Shown: positions 1 through 10,289 of the stretch, piece after piece
Layout: every line of letters begins with the position of its first letter
How positions within the stretch are numbered: the stretch's first letter is position 1
From: Octopus sinensis
Lineage: Eukaryota
Direction of reading: 5' to 3'
Assembly (NCBI RefSeq): GCF_006345805.1
Contig: NC_043008.1
Location: 73,408,001-73,472,000 of the forward strand
Length of the DNA: 64,000 nucleotides
Translations under genes and position numbers: made by a program
The notes under the pieces: model-generated
The model's input: the letters and a program-made list of their open reading frames with translations, nothing else
What the model was told of the DNA's origin: nothing
Database searches by the model: none

Positions 1-225
1 CAATAAGTAGAAAAGTTTTTTTCGTGGTTTGGGTTTTGACTGCCCTCTCTAGCATGTAAGGAATCCACATGGTGGTTTCCTTTCCGTGTATAAATTCTTA
101 TACACTATTTTATATATTAATATATATATATATTTATACATACAGAGAGAGAGATACAGATATATACATATTACACATACATACGCCTCTCTATAGTATT
201 CTATATTTACGGTTCTTGAATGTCC

Positions 226-1445
226 ACATAACTTGTGAGAGAAAAAAGAAGTTTTCTTTGTTCCTGAACCTAAATAAGTGTAAATGCTTAGAGTATCAGA
301 CCTTGAAGACTTTTGCAATTAAGTTCCGTACAATTTTTCCCAATAACATCTGAGAATATTCGGGTTGCTCTGTGTATGACTGCTTTTGAGAAGTAAGTGA
401 GCTAGTGTTTGTTAGGTGCTAATTGTGATATTTAAATTGAAATGCTTGCATATCATACATCAGGTCTTTTCTAAATCTATCCATGAAGTGGCCGTTCATT
501 TTCTATGAGACTGTTAACTTTCGGAGGGTTTCTAAGATAAATATCTCATGAGATTGTAAACCTCATTTCTTTTGTAACTTCACAAGGAAACGACAAATAG
601 TGGGTTACTTTAATTTTAACACTGTAAGAATCGATATTGAATAAATCCGATTTCCTAGTATTGATTATTATCCTGGAGTCGAGAAAACCTATGGTGGTAA
701 AATTTCTTCTGAATTGAGAGGTTGCTGGGACAAAAGATTTAGAGATCGATTGATGAAAGTCTATCATGTCAAATTGAATGAATCTACAGAATATTTGACT
801 TCCACAGTGTGCAACCGTTTAATGACGGCGGTGCTGCTGTTCCATTGTTGTAGTTTCATAGCCTTTCTGAATAAATTTCGAAAATTAATCCCATGGAGAA
901 TATACTGACTGACATTTCCAAATTCACTTTTTAAAGACGATAATTTACATTACACTAAAGATTGTAGACGAAATTAGCTTTATGATCCTTAATGGTGATG
1001 CAGGTTTGGCGCATAGGAAGGCAATCCACATTGTCTTTGATTTTTAGCTGGAAGGATGGCTCTTTCGCTTCCATGCTTATAGTGCTACAGTTGGTGGATT
1101 TGTTTGTTTATGCATTAGTAGGAGTTTAATTTGTATACACTGTGTTGCCTGAAAGTATGTGAGATTTGGAGAGTTGGTCCAAAGGTTTCATGAAACTGCT
1201 CAGTGTATTTGGAAGGAAATGGCGTCATATGAGAATCTTAAATTTGTTATCAAATTAATCGTATCGCATTCGGAGTTCTCAACTCCTCAATTTGTATGAG
1301 ATGCAGGGATTTTGTATCTATACTTGTATGTGGATAAGTTCTTATACCCGCTTTTGTAGGGTTTCTAAGTATGCACGCAGTTCTATAGGATTCTAAAATC
1401 ATTGCCGAAAGCATGGTATATGCTATTAATTCATACATGCTTATG
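226..1445 (-). mobile_element. Degenerate Penelope-like retroelement (RT + C-terminal GIY-YIG remnants, internally deleted)
   Basis: Manual minus-strand translation across stops and frameshifts gives ITIKDHKANF, LQQWNSSTAVIK and FIQFDMIDFHQSISKS (PLE RT), then FTTIGFLD. Further on, KAVIHRAT..YSKHLHLFRFRNKEN..LSQVMWTFK resembles the GIY-YIG domain of invertebrate PLEs. Confidence 0.65.
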
Positions 1446-2868
1446 AGTAACGGCTATGGTTGATATGTATGTACACATACAAATTCAGTATGTAGCCTTA
1501 AAATTTCTCCTACTGAAGTACTAACAATTTCTATCTCTGCGGTAATGTTGAAATGCTGGTTAAATCTATCTCTCTGCTAGTAGCTATAGCTAGCACTATT
1601 AGAACAAATGGCAATATCTAAATACATACGCACGCACACATGCACGCGCGCATACGCACGCACATATGCACGTACGCATACGCACGTGCACACACGCACG
1701 TGCACACACGCACACGCATAATCATACATGCATAATACTTACATACACACATACATACATTTAGCTATACATACTTATATACCGCTCATCAATTACTGGC
1801 TGACTGATACACATCTGCACATACAAGCAGAGTTCAATAGGAAAAAGATTAACAGTGTTGTGGGTTTGAAATCTTCGTGTAAATTTACAAATTCTAAGTG
1901 AGTTTATAATGGAATTAATTGATAAACTGGCGAATTGGTTTCTAATCTTCTCACTAATGGTATTTAGAAATGAGAACAGTAATTTAAAATAGCAACACAA
2001 ATGTATAGAAGAAAAGACTTAACACACACACACATATAAATGAAGTCAACAGTAAATAAAATGACGCCAAATCGAATTAAAAAATAATTTATAAAAACAG
2101 ATAAATAGAATTAACTAATTCGAAAATGAAAGAATTATATATATCACAAAAAAAAATTAATGAAAATAAAACTGATTTAAAAAAGTCATGAATAAGTATC
2201 TAGTAGAAAAACACTAACGAAATAAGCGAATAAAGTACGACATAATACGGGTAAGATATACTTCATAAATCGGCATCGACTAGAAGTTTTAGTAACAATT
2301 TAAATTGCCTTAGTGTATGAGTAGTATTTCAGTGGAAACCAGAAGAATTCAGGGAAACAGAAACTTTACTAGAATTTTATCAATAGGTGTGCCATCACAT
2401 GGTGACTAAATTTCCCAGATATAGCAAAAAATCCCTGAAAAAATCATTCGTCAATGTCTCGTGTTAATGTGTCGTTAGGCAGGATGTGAAGAAAGCGTTG
2501 TTCCCAAGGCAGTTAGAAGCCTCATTTTGACAATTATTACGATCACACTTATATTGTTCATCTTCTGGACAATACGGGATGAGGTGAGGGGAGACCTACC
2601 GTAGAAGAAACTGCTGAACTTCCTTACCACATTTATGAGGCCCATGTTCTTGACAAGATTCTTTCCGGATGCCAGCGGGGATCTCTATGATCACAAGAGA
2701 CATATGAAAGCTAAAGAAAATATACTAAGCTGGAATAAATGAAAGTTAATCACAGCAAAAATTCTCTGATAATGGGTTTGTTGGCTAAGATTGGCATTAA
2801 TTTAAGCAACAGAAATTGATAGTTGTTCGTTTCATTAAATGTTGCTTAAAACTAATATTTATTATCGG

Positions 2869-3104
2869 TGTTGTTGTTATATATATATAGTATTGAGTAT
2901 TAAAGGAAGTAGTGAGTATTTAGTATGAAAGATTAAGAAAATGAGAGAGACTGAAACAACGTGTTAACGATACAAGATACTTCATTCGACTGCCGTTGTT
3001 GTACAAGTTAATTGTTTTGGCGGGAAACAAAGTGAAAGTCCTTTTATCAAGGGAGACAATGGGCGACGTTGATTGTTCATGTTTGTTGTGATGATTATAT
3101 AACA
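2869..3104 (-). repeat. 3' LTR
   Basis: Direct repeat of 6667-6902; I see one substitution (tacttcattcg vs tactttattcg). Confidence 0.97.
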
Positions 3105-3122
3105 TCTTCCTTTTTTTTTTTT
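3105..3122 (-). promoter_or_regulatory. Polypurine tract (A12-GGAAGA)
   Basis: Purine run abutting the 3' LTR on the minus strand. Confidence 0.85.
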
Positions 3123-3560
3123 AATTTTTTTTATATCATCTGTATCTACAGGAATAATTATTCGTCGTCCACTTTTTGTGGTTTTATTATTTTGTAGTGT
3201 TGAATTCTGTAGTTGTGCTGTTTTTGTTTTTTCATGCGTGTTTGTTGACTTTGGAAATATATTTTCATAATCTAATTCTTCTGTTATGCGAACGTGTTCG
3301 TTTGTTTTAAGAATATGTTGTCTATTTCGTTTGACTGTATTTCCTTCCTCTGTTATTACTAAGTATGAACGAGGTTGCTCTAGTTTTTTAATTATTTTGC
3401 CCCTTCTAAACCAATTGTTGTTAAACTTAATTCTAACCGTGTCGTGTGGTTTTAACTCTGGGAGTTCTGTTGTAATATTTGATTTCTTCTTTTCGTGAGG
3501 CCTGATACCAATTTTGTCGTGTAGTATGTTTGGGAGATTTGTTCGCAATGTTCTATTCAT
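3105..3560 (-). pseudogene. Integrase C-terminal region (second frameshift)
   Basis: MNRTLRTNLP..DTVRI..PRSYLV..KRNRQHI..TKSGRRI is typical of Mag-type integrase tails. Confidence 0.85.
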
Positions 3561-3874
3561 TATTTGATTTGCAGGGATGGTGCACCATTTTGTAATTTAG
3601 TCGTGCGTAATGCTAAGAGCGCTAACTGAGGTTCTTCGTCACTTTTGAATGCCTTTTTTAGCGTCTTTTTTATTGTCTGTATATTTCTCTCAACCATGCC
3701 ATTCGCTTGATGATAATGCGGGCTTGTCTTCGTGTGATGAAAATGCCAATTTTTTGCAAATTTTTTGAATTCAGCCGAATTGAATTCTGGACCGTTGTCA
3801 CTTACAACTGTTTGCGGAATTCCGAATTTAGCAAAAGTTTCTTTAATCTTTTGATTACGGTTTTTGACTGGCAA
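3560..3874 (-). pseudogene. Integrase core (frameshifted continuation of pol)
   Basis: FGIPQTVVSDNGPEF..SPHYHQANGMVER, which carries the second D and the E of the DDE triad. Confidence 0.92.
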
Positions 3875-6612
3875 TCATTTATTTCGTGTAGATCAAAAAA
3901 TCTTGTTGTATAGTCAATAATTGTGACATACGAATTTCCAGACAGGTGAAATACGTCTGTACCCACTTTGGTCCATGGTGTAGTAGGTATTTCATGATTT
4001 ATTAGTGGTTCGGCTGCTTGTTGATTTTTGTAGTCAATGCAGTATGAGCATGTGTTAATCATGTCTTTGATTTGAGCGTTAATGCCGGGCCAGTATATAC
4101 ATTCCTTCGCTCTCTCTATGCATTTTTCGATACCCATGTGTCCGGTATGTATTTCCTGTAGAGCTTCTCTACGTAATGACTTAGGTACAATTATTCTTGA
4201 ACCTTTTAGAACGAGACCATTGACGATTGATATTTCATCACGAACGGATACGAATGGTTTGATGTTTATTGGTATTTTGTCTTTTGGGGGCCATTCTGTT
4301 CTTGTATATGTGACGAGTGTCTGTAGAGACGGGTCGTCTGCAGTGGCTTCTTTATACTCTTTTAATTTAGTGTCGGTTATGGGGTAATTCTTTATTACTG
4401 CATGAATGTGCGATTTCATATCTTCGTCTGGTACTTCTGGAGTATTTTGCTCAAGGTATGCACGTGATAGGGTATCTGCAACAATTGATTCTTTACCAGG
4501 TATGTGGTTTAGGTCAAAATCATATCTTTGTAATTCTTTTTTACTTGTTGGCAGTGGCATGTGAATGATTGCTTGTACCTTGGTTGGATCTTGTTTTATC
4601 CCTTCGCTGGTTAATATATGCCCAAGGTACTTGATTTGTGATTCATAGAAGATACACTTTGATTTATTTAACTTTAATCCGTGCTTTCGGATTCGATCGA
4701 AAACTTGTTGTAGTCTATTTGTGTGTTCTTCTAAAGTGTTGGACCAGATTATGATGTCATCCTGTGAATTTCTTGCTCCTTCTATGCCCTCTATTATTTT
4801 TGAAATTTCTTTTTGGAAAACTTCACTGGCGCTGTGAATTCCAAAGGGTAGTCGTGTGAAGCGATACCTTCCAAAAGGTGTGTTGAACGTTAAAAGATGG
4901 GAGCTTTCTTCGTCAACTGGAATTTGCCAGTATCCATTAGATGCATCGAGTTTTGAAAAATATTTAGGGTTATGCATTTGTGCAAAAATGTCCTCCGCTG
5001 TAGGGAGTTTGAAATGTTGCCTTTTTATGGCTTTGTTTAGATTCTTGGGGTCTAAACAGAGTCGGAGTTTTCCGTTGGCTTTTTCAACGATGACTAGGGA
5101 ATTTACCCAGTCTGTAGGTTCACTAACAGGTTTTATGATATCTAATTCTGTCATTCTTTTTAATTCTTTGTTGAGTTTTTCTTTTATAGAAAAAGGAACC
5201 GATCTTGGTGGATGAATTACAGGAGTTATTTGTGGATCCACTGTGATATGATGTGTTATTGACAAAGTGCCGATTTCTCCGAAACAGTCTTCATATTTTT
5301 CTAATATGTCGTTTGTGTTCGACGAATTTATTTTTGAAATTCTCTGAATCAGGTTCAGATCTTTAGCTGTCTTTGCATCTATAACTGCGTGCGAGTTTGT
5401 TTTTGCAACAATGAATTTTATTTGCTTTGATAATTCTTTGTATTTAATGACTGCTGTGCATTTTCCTAGCACTTTTATAGCTGTGTTATTATAAGCTGAT
5501 AATCGAGTTGAAGTTTTTTGCAGTTGTGGTTTTGGAATTATATTTCTATATTCTCTGAATGGCAGTACGGTTACGTCTGCTCCTGTATCTATTTTGAATG
5601 TTACATTCGAGTTGTTCACTTTTAGTTCGACCGTCCAAATGTCTTTTGGAGTCTTGAACTTTTCGATTTTGTGCACGTGGGAATTATTTGCAGTGATCAT
5701 TTCGAGTGCATGTGTATCGTCATCTGATTCATCGTCGGTATGTATCTCTACTTTATGTACAAATTTTCTTGATTTGCACATTTTTGCATAGTGTCCTTGT
5801 TTCTTGCATTTTTCACATGTCTTGTGAAATGCTGGGCATTTATTTCTTTTGTGATTATAACCACAATAGTGACAGTTAGTGACGTAGTGTTGACTTGGCG
5901 CTTGAAACTTCGCGGGCTTTCTGTCACTTCCGCCTTGTTCGTTTTGATGTCTGGATTGCATATGGCGGGTTATTTGAGTTTTGGCGCCTTTTCTGTCGTG
6001 TTGACTATATACCCTCGAGATTTCGTTATCTCTTGTTTCGGATGTGCCATTTAGCATCCTTGATTGGAGTCGTGTTTGCTCTGCACTCTGACCTGCTTGA
6101 ATTGTTTTTTGTAGGTCTAAATTTGGTTCTCTCAATAATCTTTCTCTTAATCTCATGTCTCTGATTCCACATATCAGAATATCTTTGGTGAGACTGTCTG
6201 TGAGGTTGCCGAATTCGCACTGTTGTGCCTTTTGGCGCAACTCTACTACGTACTCATCGAATTTTTGATGTTCCGCTTGTCCACATGTGAAGAATTTGTG
6301 TCTTAGGAAAGTTATGTTTTTCCTGGGTTCACAATATGCATCGAATTTTTCGATTACTGTCTGAAGGTTCATTTCTTCGTCGGGTGAATCGAAATCCAGT
6401 GTGGAATGGATATCTCGGCCTTTAGAACCGATGCAAGTTAAAAACATTGAAGTTTTTACTTTGTCTGGCTTCATGTCACTTTCTGTTGCTATCAAAAAGA
6501 GATTGAATTCTTTTTTCCACTTTTTCCATGCTGCGGCTAGATTTTCCTGATTAAAGTCTAGGTCTTTTGGATGCGGTAAATTTTCCATTTCGTCTTTGAA
6601 GTATGATTTCAA
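3802..6612 (-). CDS. Gag-Pol polyprotein (gag, CCHC knuckles, protease, RT, RNase H mostly deleted, integrase N-terminus); likely ATG at 6588
   Basis: 936-aa ORF with Mag-type gag (AWKKWKKEF..RLRERLLRE), CHYCGYNH..CPA..CEKCKKQGHYAKMC, FKIDTGADV, LRLCLDPKNLN, LPFGIHSASEVFQ, SQDDII, HTGHMG..C..C and GTDVF. Confidence 0.95.
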   Translation of the reverse strand: MKSYFKDEMENLPHPKDLDFNQENLAAAWKKWKKEFNLFLIATESDMKPDKVKTSMFLTCIGSKGRDIHSTLDFDSPDEEMNLQTVIEKFDAYCEPRKNITFLRHKFFTCGQAEHQKFDEYVVELRQKAQQCEFGNLTDSLTKDILICGIRDMRLRERLLREPNLDLQKTIQAGQSAEQTRLQSRMLNGTSETRDNEISRVYSQHDRKGAKTQITRHMQSRHQNEQGGSDRKPAKFQAPSQHYVTNCHYCGYNHKRNKCPAFHKTCEKCKKQGHYAKMCKSRKFVHKVEIHTDDESDDDTHALEMITANNSHVHKIEKFKTPKDIWTVELKVNNSNVTFKIDTGADVTVLPFREYRNIIPKPQLQKTSTRLSAYNNTAIKVLGKCTAVIKYKELSKQIKFIVAKTNSHAVIDAKTAKDLNLIQRISKINSSNTNDILEKYEDCFGEIGTLSITHHITVDPQITPVIHPPRSVPFSIKEKLNKELKRMTELDIIKPVSEPTDWVNSLVIVEKANGKLRLCLDPKNLNKAIKRQHFKLPTAEDIFAQMHNPKYFSKLDASNGYWQIPVDEESSHLLTFNTPFGRYRFTRLPFGIHSASEVFQKEISKIIEGIEGARNSQDDIIIWSNTLEEHTNRLQQVFDRIRKHGLKLNKSKCIFYESQIKYLGHILTSEGIKQDPTKVQAIIHMPLPTSKKELQRYDFDLNHIPGKESIVADTLSRAYLEQNTPEVPDEDMKSHIHAVIKNYPITDTKLKEYKEATADDPSLQTLVTYTRTEWPPKDKIPINIKPFVSVRDEISIVNGLVLKGSRIIVPKSLRREALQEIHTGHMGIEKCIERAKECIYWPGINAQIKDMINTCSYCIDYKNQQAAEPLINHEIPTTPWTKVGTDVFHLSGNSYVTIIDYTTRFFDLHEINDCQSKTVIKRLKKLLLNSEFRKQL

Positions 6613-6655
6613 CTTCTTTTTTCCTTTGGTTTCTGTATTTTGGGTTCTTTTAGTA

Positions 6656-6666
6656 TTCTGACACCA
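6656..6666 (-). promoter_or_regulatory. Primer-binding site TGGTGTCAGAA (matches the 3' end of tRNA-Leu, CAA type)
   Basis: Lies immediately inside the 5' LTR and is complementary to ...TTCTGACACCA. The tRNA identity is from recall of eukaryotic tRNA-Leu 3' ends. Confidence 0.8.
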
Positions 6667-6902
6667 TGTTGTTGTTATATATATATAGTATTGAGTATTA
6701 AAGGAAGTAGTGAGTATTTAGTATGAAAGATTAAGAAAATGAGAGAGACTGAAACAACGTGTTAACGATACAAGATACTTTATTCGACTGCCGTTGTTGT
6801 ACAAGTTAATTGTTTTGGCGGGAAACAAAGTGAAAGTCCTTTTATCAAGGGAGACAATGGGCGACGTTGATTGTTCATGTTTGTTGTGATGATTATATAA
6901 CA
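6667..6902 (-). repeat. 5' LTR
   Basis: 236 bp with TG...CA termini, followed on the plus strand by TSD ATCGG. Confidence 0.97.
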
Positions 6903-7995
6903 ATCGGTATAAAGCAGCCCGATTTGAACGGATGGGGTAAAGTGGTATATCGAAATCAGCATCGAAACTCGCTACAAAAAATATGGAAAGAAAATGCAGA
7001 TGTGATACAACGTAATACTTTATAACAGAGTGTAGTAAAATATGATACAATGTAAACAAATTATTAAAATACGGAAACAAAATGTAACCCATTGTAACAA
7101 TGTAACAACACGCAACGCTATGAAACAAAATGAAAGTAAACGTTAGAATATGTTAGGAAACGTCACAAAGTGTATTAAAAATTTACAAAATAGGTTAAAT
7201 TATAGCAAAATATTTTTCAATATATCAAAATGATAGAAAATACGTTAAAATGTGCTAAATTTGTAACGAAAGAGTGTCAAAGGGGTGTTAGAAATGACTC
7301 ACTTCATTCTGAGGAATTTCATTACAAATATTTTGGAGTTCTGATTGTCAAAATATGTGTTTGAGTGAGTGTTAGATTTTGAACGACTTTAATCAAAGAC
7401 ACAACATAAATCTGTAACATAACAAAACAAAACAAAAAAAAAAAAGAAATATCAAAACAAATTGAGTGTTTCACTTTCAAAAAGTTAAGCTATTGAACAA
7501 GAGCGAAGACAATCGAAATCTTTAAGAAAATGAATGAAATATCTGAAGATAAAAAGGATATTCTCTTCAATAGAGAAATAAGAACATTTATGAAACGTAA
7601 AATTTCCACACTTCCTGGTAGTTGCTGGAATTCAATGAAATGCGTGATAATCTAAAGGGCACAGTTAGCACATGAGAAGGATACCAAACAACCAGAGAAG
7701 AAAATCATGTTGTATCACTGTAATCAGCTCAGTGTTTGTGGTCAGTGATGAAAGCTCTCAATGTTTGTATTTATACAGTTGTACGTAAGGTTGTAAAATA
7801 CAGTGTGTAAATAGTAGCAGCATTGTTTAATCGGCTTCTAGTGTGGAATTTGATTTCTCTTGAAGGGAAGAAATACAGTAATAAATATTTAGAGTGTCGT
7901 CTGGTTCAGGAGCAGTCTTTCTATAAAGATTACCGAATCATATGTTATATAGAGGAGAAGTAAATATATAGAATGTTGTTATCAATGGATAAAAG

Positions 7996-8290
7996 CAGGG
8001 TGTCTTGAAAAATGTATACACTCATTGAATAATTATTGAGTGTTTATCAAAATATACTTTATTTTCAAAATTTAATAGAATCTAAATACGAATTTAATAT
8101 TATAAATGCCCTTTTTCAAACATGATGACGGTTTTGGTCTAGGTACTTCTGATAATACGAAGCAATAGATTTGCAAACGTCAAGAACAATTTCGTTCAGT
8201 ATTTGCGCACCTTCTCGTGCAGTATCTTCCCTTGGCTTCTTGACTATTGCCAGTTTTGCACTATCAACTTCATCTTGTAAGTATACCTGC
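7996..8290 (-). mobile_element. Tc1/mariner-superfamily 3' fragment
   Basis: Terminal CAGGGTG. The minus strand reads YLQDEV..EIVLDVCKSI..YQKYLDQN, resembling a Tc1-like transposase C-terminus. Confidence 0.4.
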
Positions 8291-8429
8291 AAAAGAGTCT
8301 TGTGTTGTCAGGTTTGGTGAACACGGAAGGCATCCCACTTAAAATGCTATGTTCACATCCAATAATTTATTGGATGCGAACACAGCATTAGAGCAAAAGT
8401 AAACAACATAGCATGGTATGTAAAAATGC

Positions 8430-9395
8430 CACAAAACTGCTATTATTAGAAGTAAGAAGATCAGGCAATGAAAGAGTGCAACGATAAAGCACTATTCAAG
8501 AAATTGAAAACGAATGAAACTGAAAATAGGTGGGTAAAGAAAAGAATGCATGAACAATTTCATAAAGACGTTGAAGATAAGACAGAGAAAATGGATGACT
8601 GTGGTTGACTAAAAGTAATTTAAAACCAGAAACAGAGGCTCTAATCTGATCTCACCAAGAGGATGCCCTAAGTACAAACTACATAAAAAGCAGAATAGAC
8701 AATACGGCAGAAAGTGATAAGTGCAGAATCTGTAGACAAAACGGTGAAACCGTATGGCATATTACCAGCCAATGTACACCACTAGCCCAGAAGGAATATA
8801 AGAGACGTCACGACAATATAGCCAGGCTTGTCCATTGGACACTTTGCAACAAGTATGGACTTGACAGAGCAAAAAGTTGGTACGGCCACAAATCTGAAGG
8901 CACCGTCGAAAATAGAAATGCAAAGATCTTATGGGATTTTATGATTCAGTGAAACCATGAGATACAGAATAGGAAGCCAGACAGACATAGTCTTAATTGA
9001 AAAAGAAAACAAACAACGCTGGATCATAGATATAGTATGCCCAGCTGAAAACAAGGTATGCGATAAAGAAGAAAGAAAAGTTGAGAGATATAACAGGTTA
9101 GCTTGGGAAGTTAAGCAGTTGTGGTCGATGAAAAAGGTAGCAGTTGCACCAATAATTGTCGGAGCCCTAGGAACAGTGAGCAAAAATCTCGAAAAGTACG
9201 TGGAACAAATAGGAGTTGCAATAAGGGTGGAGCACTTGCAGAAAACAGCACTGCTTGGAACCGCTCGAATACTCCTGAAGGTGCTCGAAAAAAAAAGCGT
9301 GTTACCTTAGTTCACCGGTTGTGAACAGATGACACTGTAGTACATCTCTAGCGTTAGAAGCTGTGCAAAGGCAATGATAATAATTATCATCATGA
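8430..9395 (+). mobile_element. RLE-type non-LTR retrotransposon (R4/Dong-like), 3' fragment
   Basis: KCRICRQNGETVWHITSQC..EYKRRHD (CCHC), then a PD-(D/E)xK-like endonuclease (DIVLIEKE..IIDIVCP..KE..PIIVGALG..ALLGTARIL; ORF 8957-9310). Ends in ATA/ATC repeats. Confidence 0.85.
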
Positions 9396-9429
9396 TCATT
9401 ATCATGATGATGATCATCATCACCATGGA

Positions 9430-9772
9430 GGCATGATCAATAGTTTCATTTTGTTGTTTACACACAAGACATGTTGGGCTACTGCCGTTTTTTAATATGT
9501 TGGCCTAGTAGTTCTTTGTAGGTAGGCATTGATCTTGGGCTGTTATGATAAACATTTCTGTTTCTGATTTTAAGCCAGAAGACACTAACTATTGATGGGT
9601 GTGGGCTTTGTCAGCATCGGTACTATTAGCTCTCTTTGAGTATTTGCCATTGAGAGTTATTTTGCCATTTATCAGTATGAATATCTAAGGCAGCAGTTTT
9701 AGCACGGGTTTTCATACGCTTAGCTTTTTCTGTACTTGTTTCTAGTACGTCTAATCTTAGAATTTGTTGTAT
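9430..9772 (-). mobile_element. R4/Dong-like LINE fragment
   Basis: Minus strand reads SGLKSETEMFIITAQDQCLPTKNY..NILKNGSSPTCLVCKQQNETIDH. Confidence 0.7.
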
Positions 9773-9774
9773 TT

Positions 9775-9801
9775 CTAGCCCGTGCTCTTAACAATTACGC
9801 C

Positions 9802-9851
<50 letters not shown>

Positions 9852-9967
9852 TTAAAATAATAATATAATATAATAATAATAATGATAATAATAATAATAA
9901 TAATAAAAATTAAAATAATTATAATAATAATAATAATGATAATAATAATAATAATAATAAAAATTAA

Positions 9968-10040
<73 letters not shown>

Positions 10041-10240
10041 TCGAAAAATACCTTAGGAATGGGAAACCAGGTTCGAAATTTCCCCAATACACCTGATGAA
10101 GGCTGGAGGGTATATCAGCCGAAACGTTGTGTTAACAACAAACAAGATGAGGACAAATATCCATCAAATGTAAATAACGTAAACGATGTACATAATTCCT
10201 CATCTCTGAAATATAGAACTATAATTTTTTGGTTCATTTG
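9775..10240 (+). mobile_element. tRNA-head/(AAT)n/hammerhead cassette, locus 1 (plus head missing; partial minus head at 9775-9801)
   Basis: Tail 10040-10240 is homologous to 29696-29855, 42190-42372 and 42597-42730. Confidence 0.75.
10089..10132 (+). ncRNA. Minimal type-I hammerhead ribozyme, intact core
   Basis: ACAC-CTGATGA-A-GGCTG(gagggtatat)CAGCC-GAAA-C-GTT-GTGT. Helix I is ACAC/GTGT, helix II is GGCTG/CAGCC, and AACGTT is palindromic at helix III. Confidence 0.75.
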
Positions 10241-10289
10241 TATCTTCATTTTTTGGAAGTAGGAATGTAACACCATTAACTAGACAAGA

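Larger units (their letters stand above)
2869..6902 (-). mobile_element. Ty3/Gypsy LTR retrotransposon, Mag-like, recent insertion, internally deleted
   Basis: Two 236-bp TG..CA LTRs, 5-bp TSD ATCGG (2864-2868 and 6903-6907), PBS, PPT, and gag-PR-RT-(RH)-IN order. Confidence 0.97.

Noticed and set aside
2480-2700. Possible LINE endonuclease remnant (VRGDLP..LLNFLTTF)
   Set aside because: Similarity is too weak and short to support a call.
3835-3850. Programmed ribosomal frameshift between pol and integrase
   Set aside because: There is no X-XXY-YYZ slippery site, and it falls mid-integrase; a single-base loss explains it.
9788-10262. ORFs with poly-I, poly-Y, YI, CV, HT or MYVC runs, here and throughout the ORF track
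   Set aside because: They are translations of microsatellites, not proteins.
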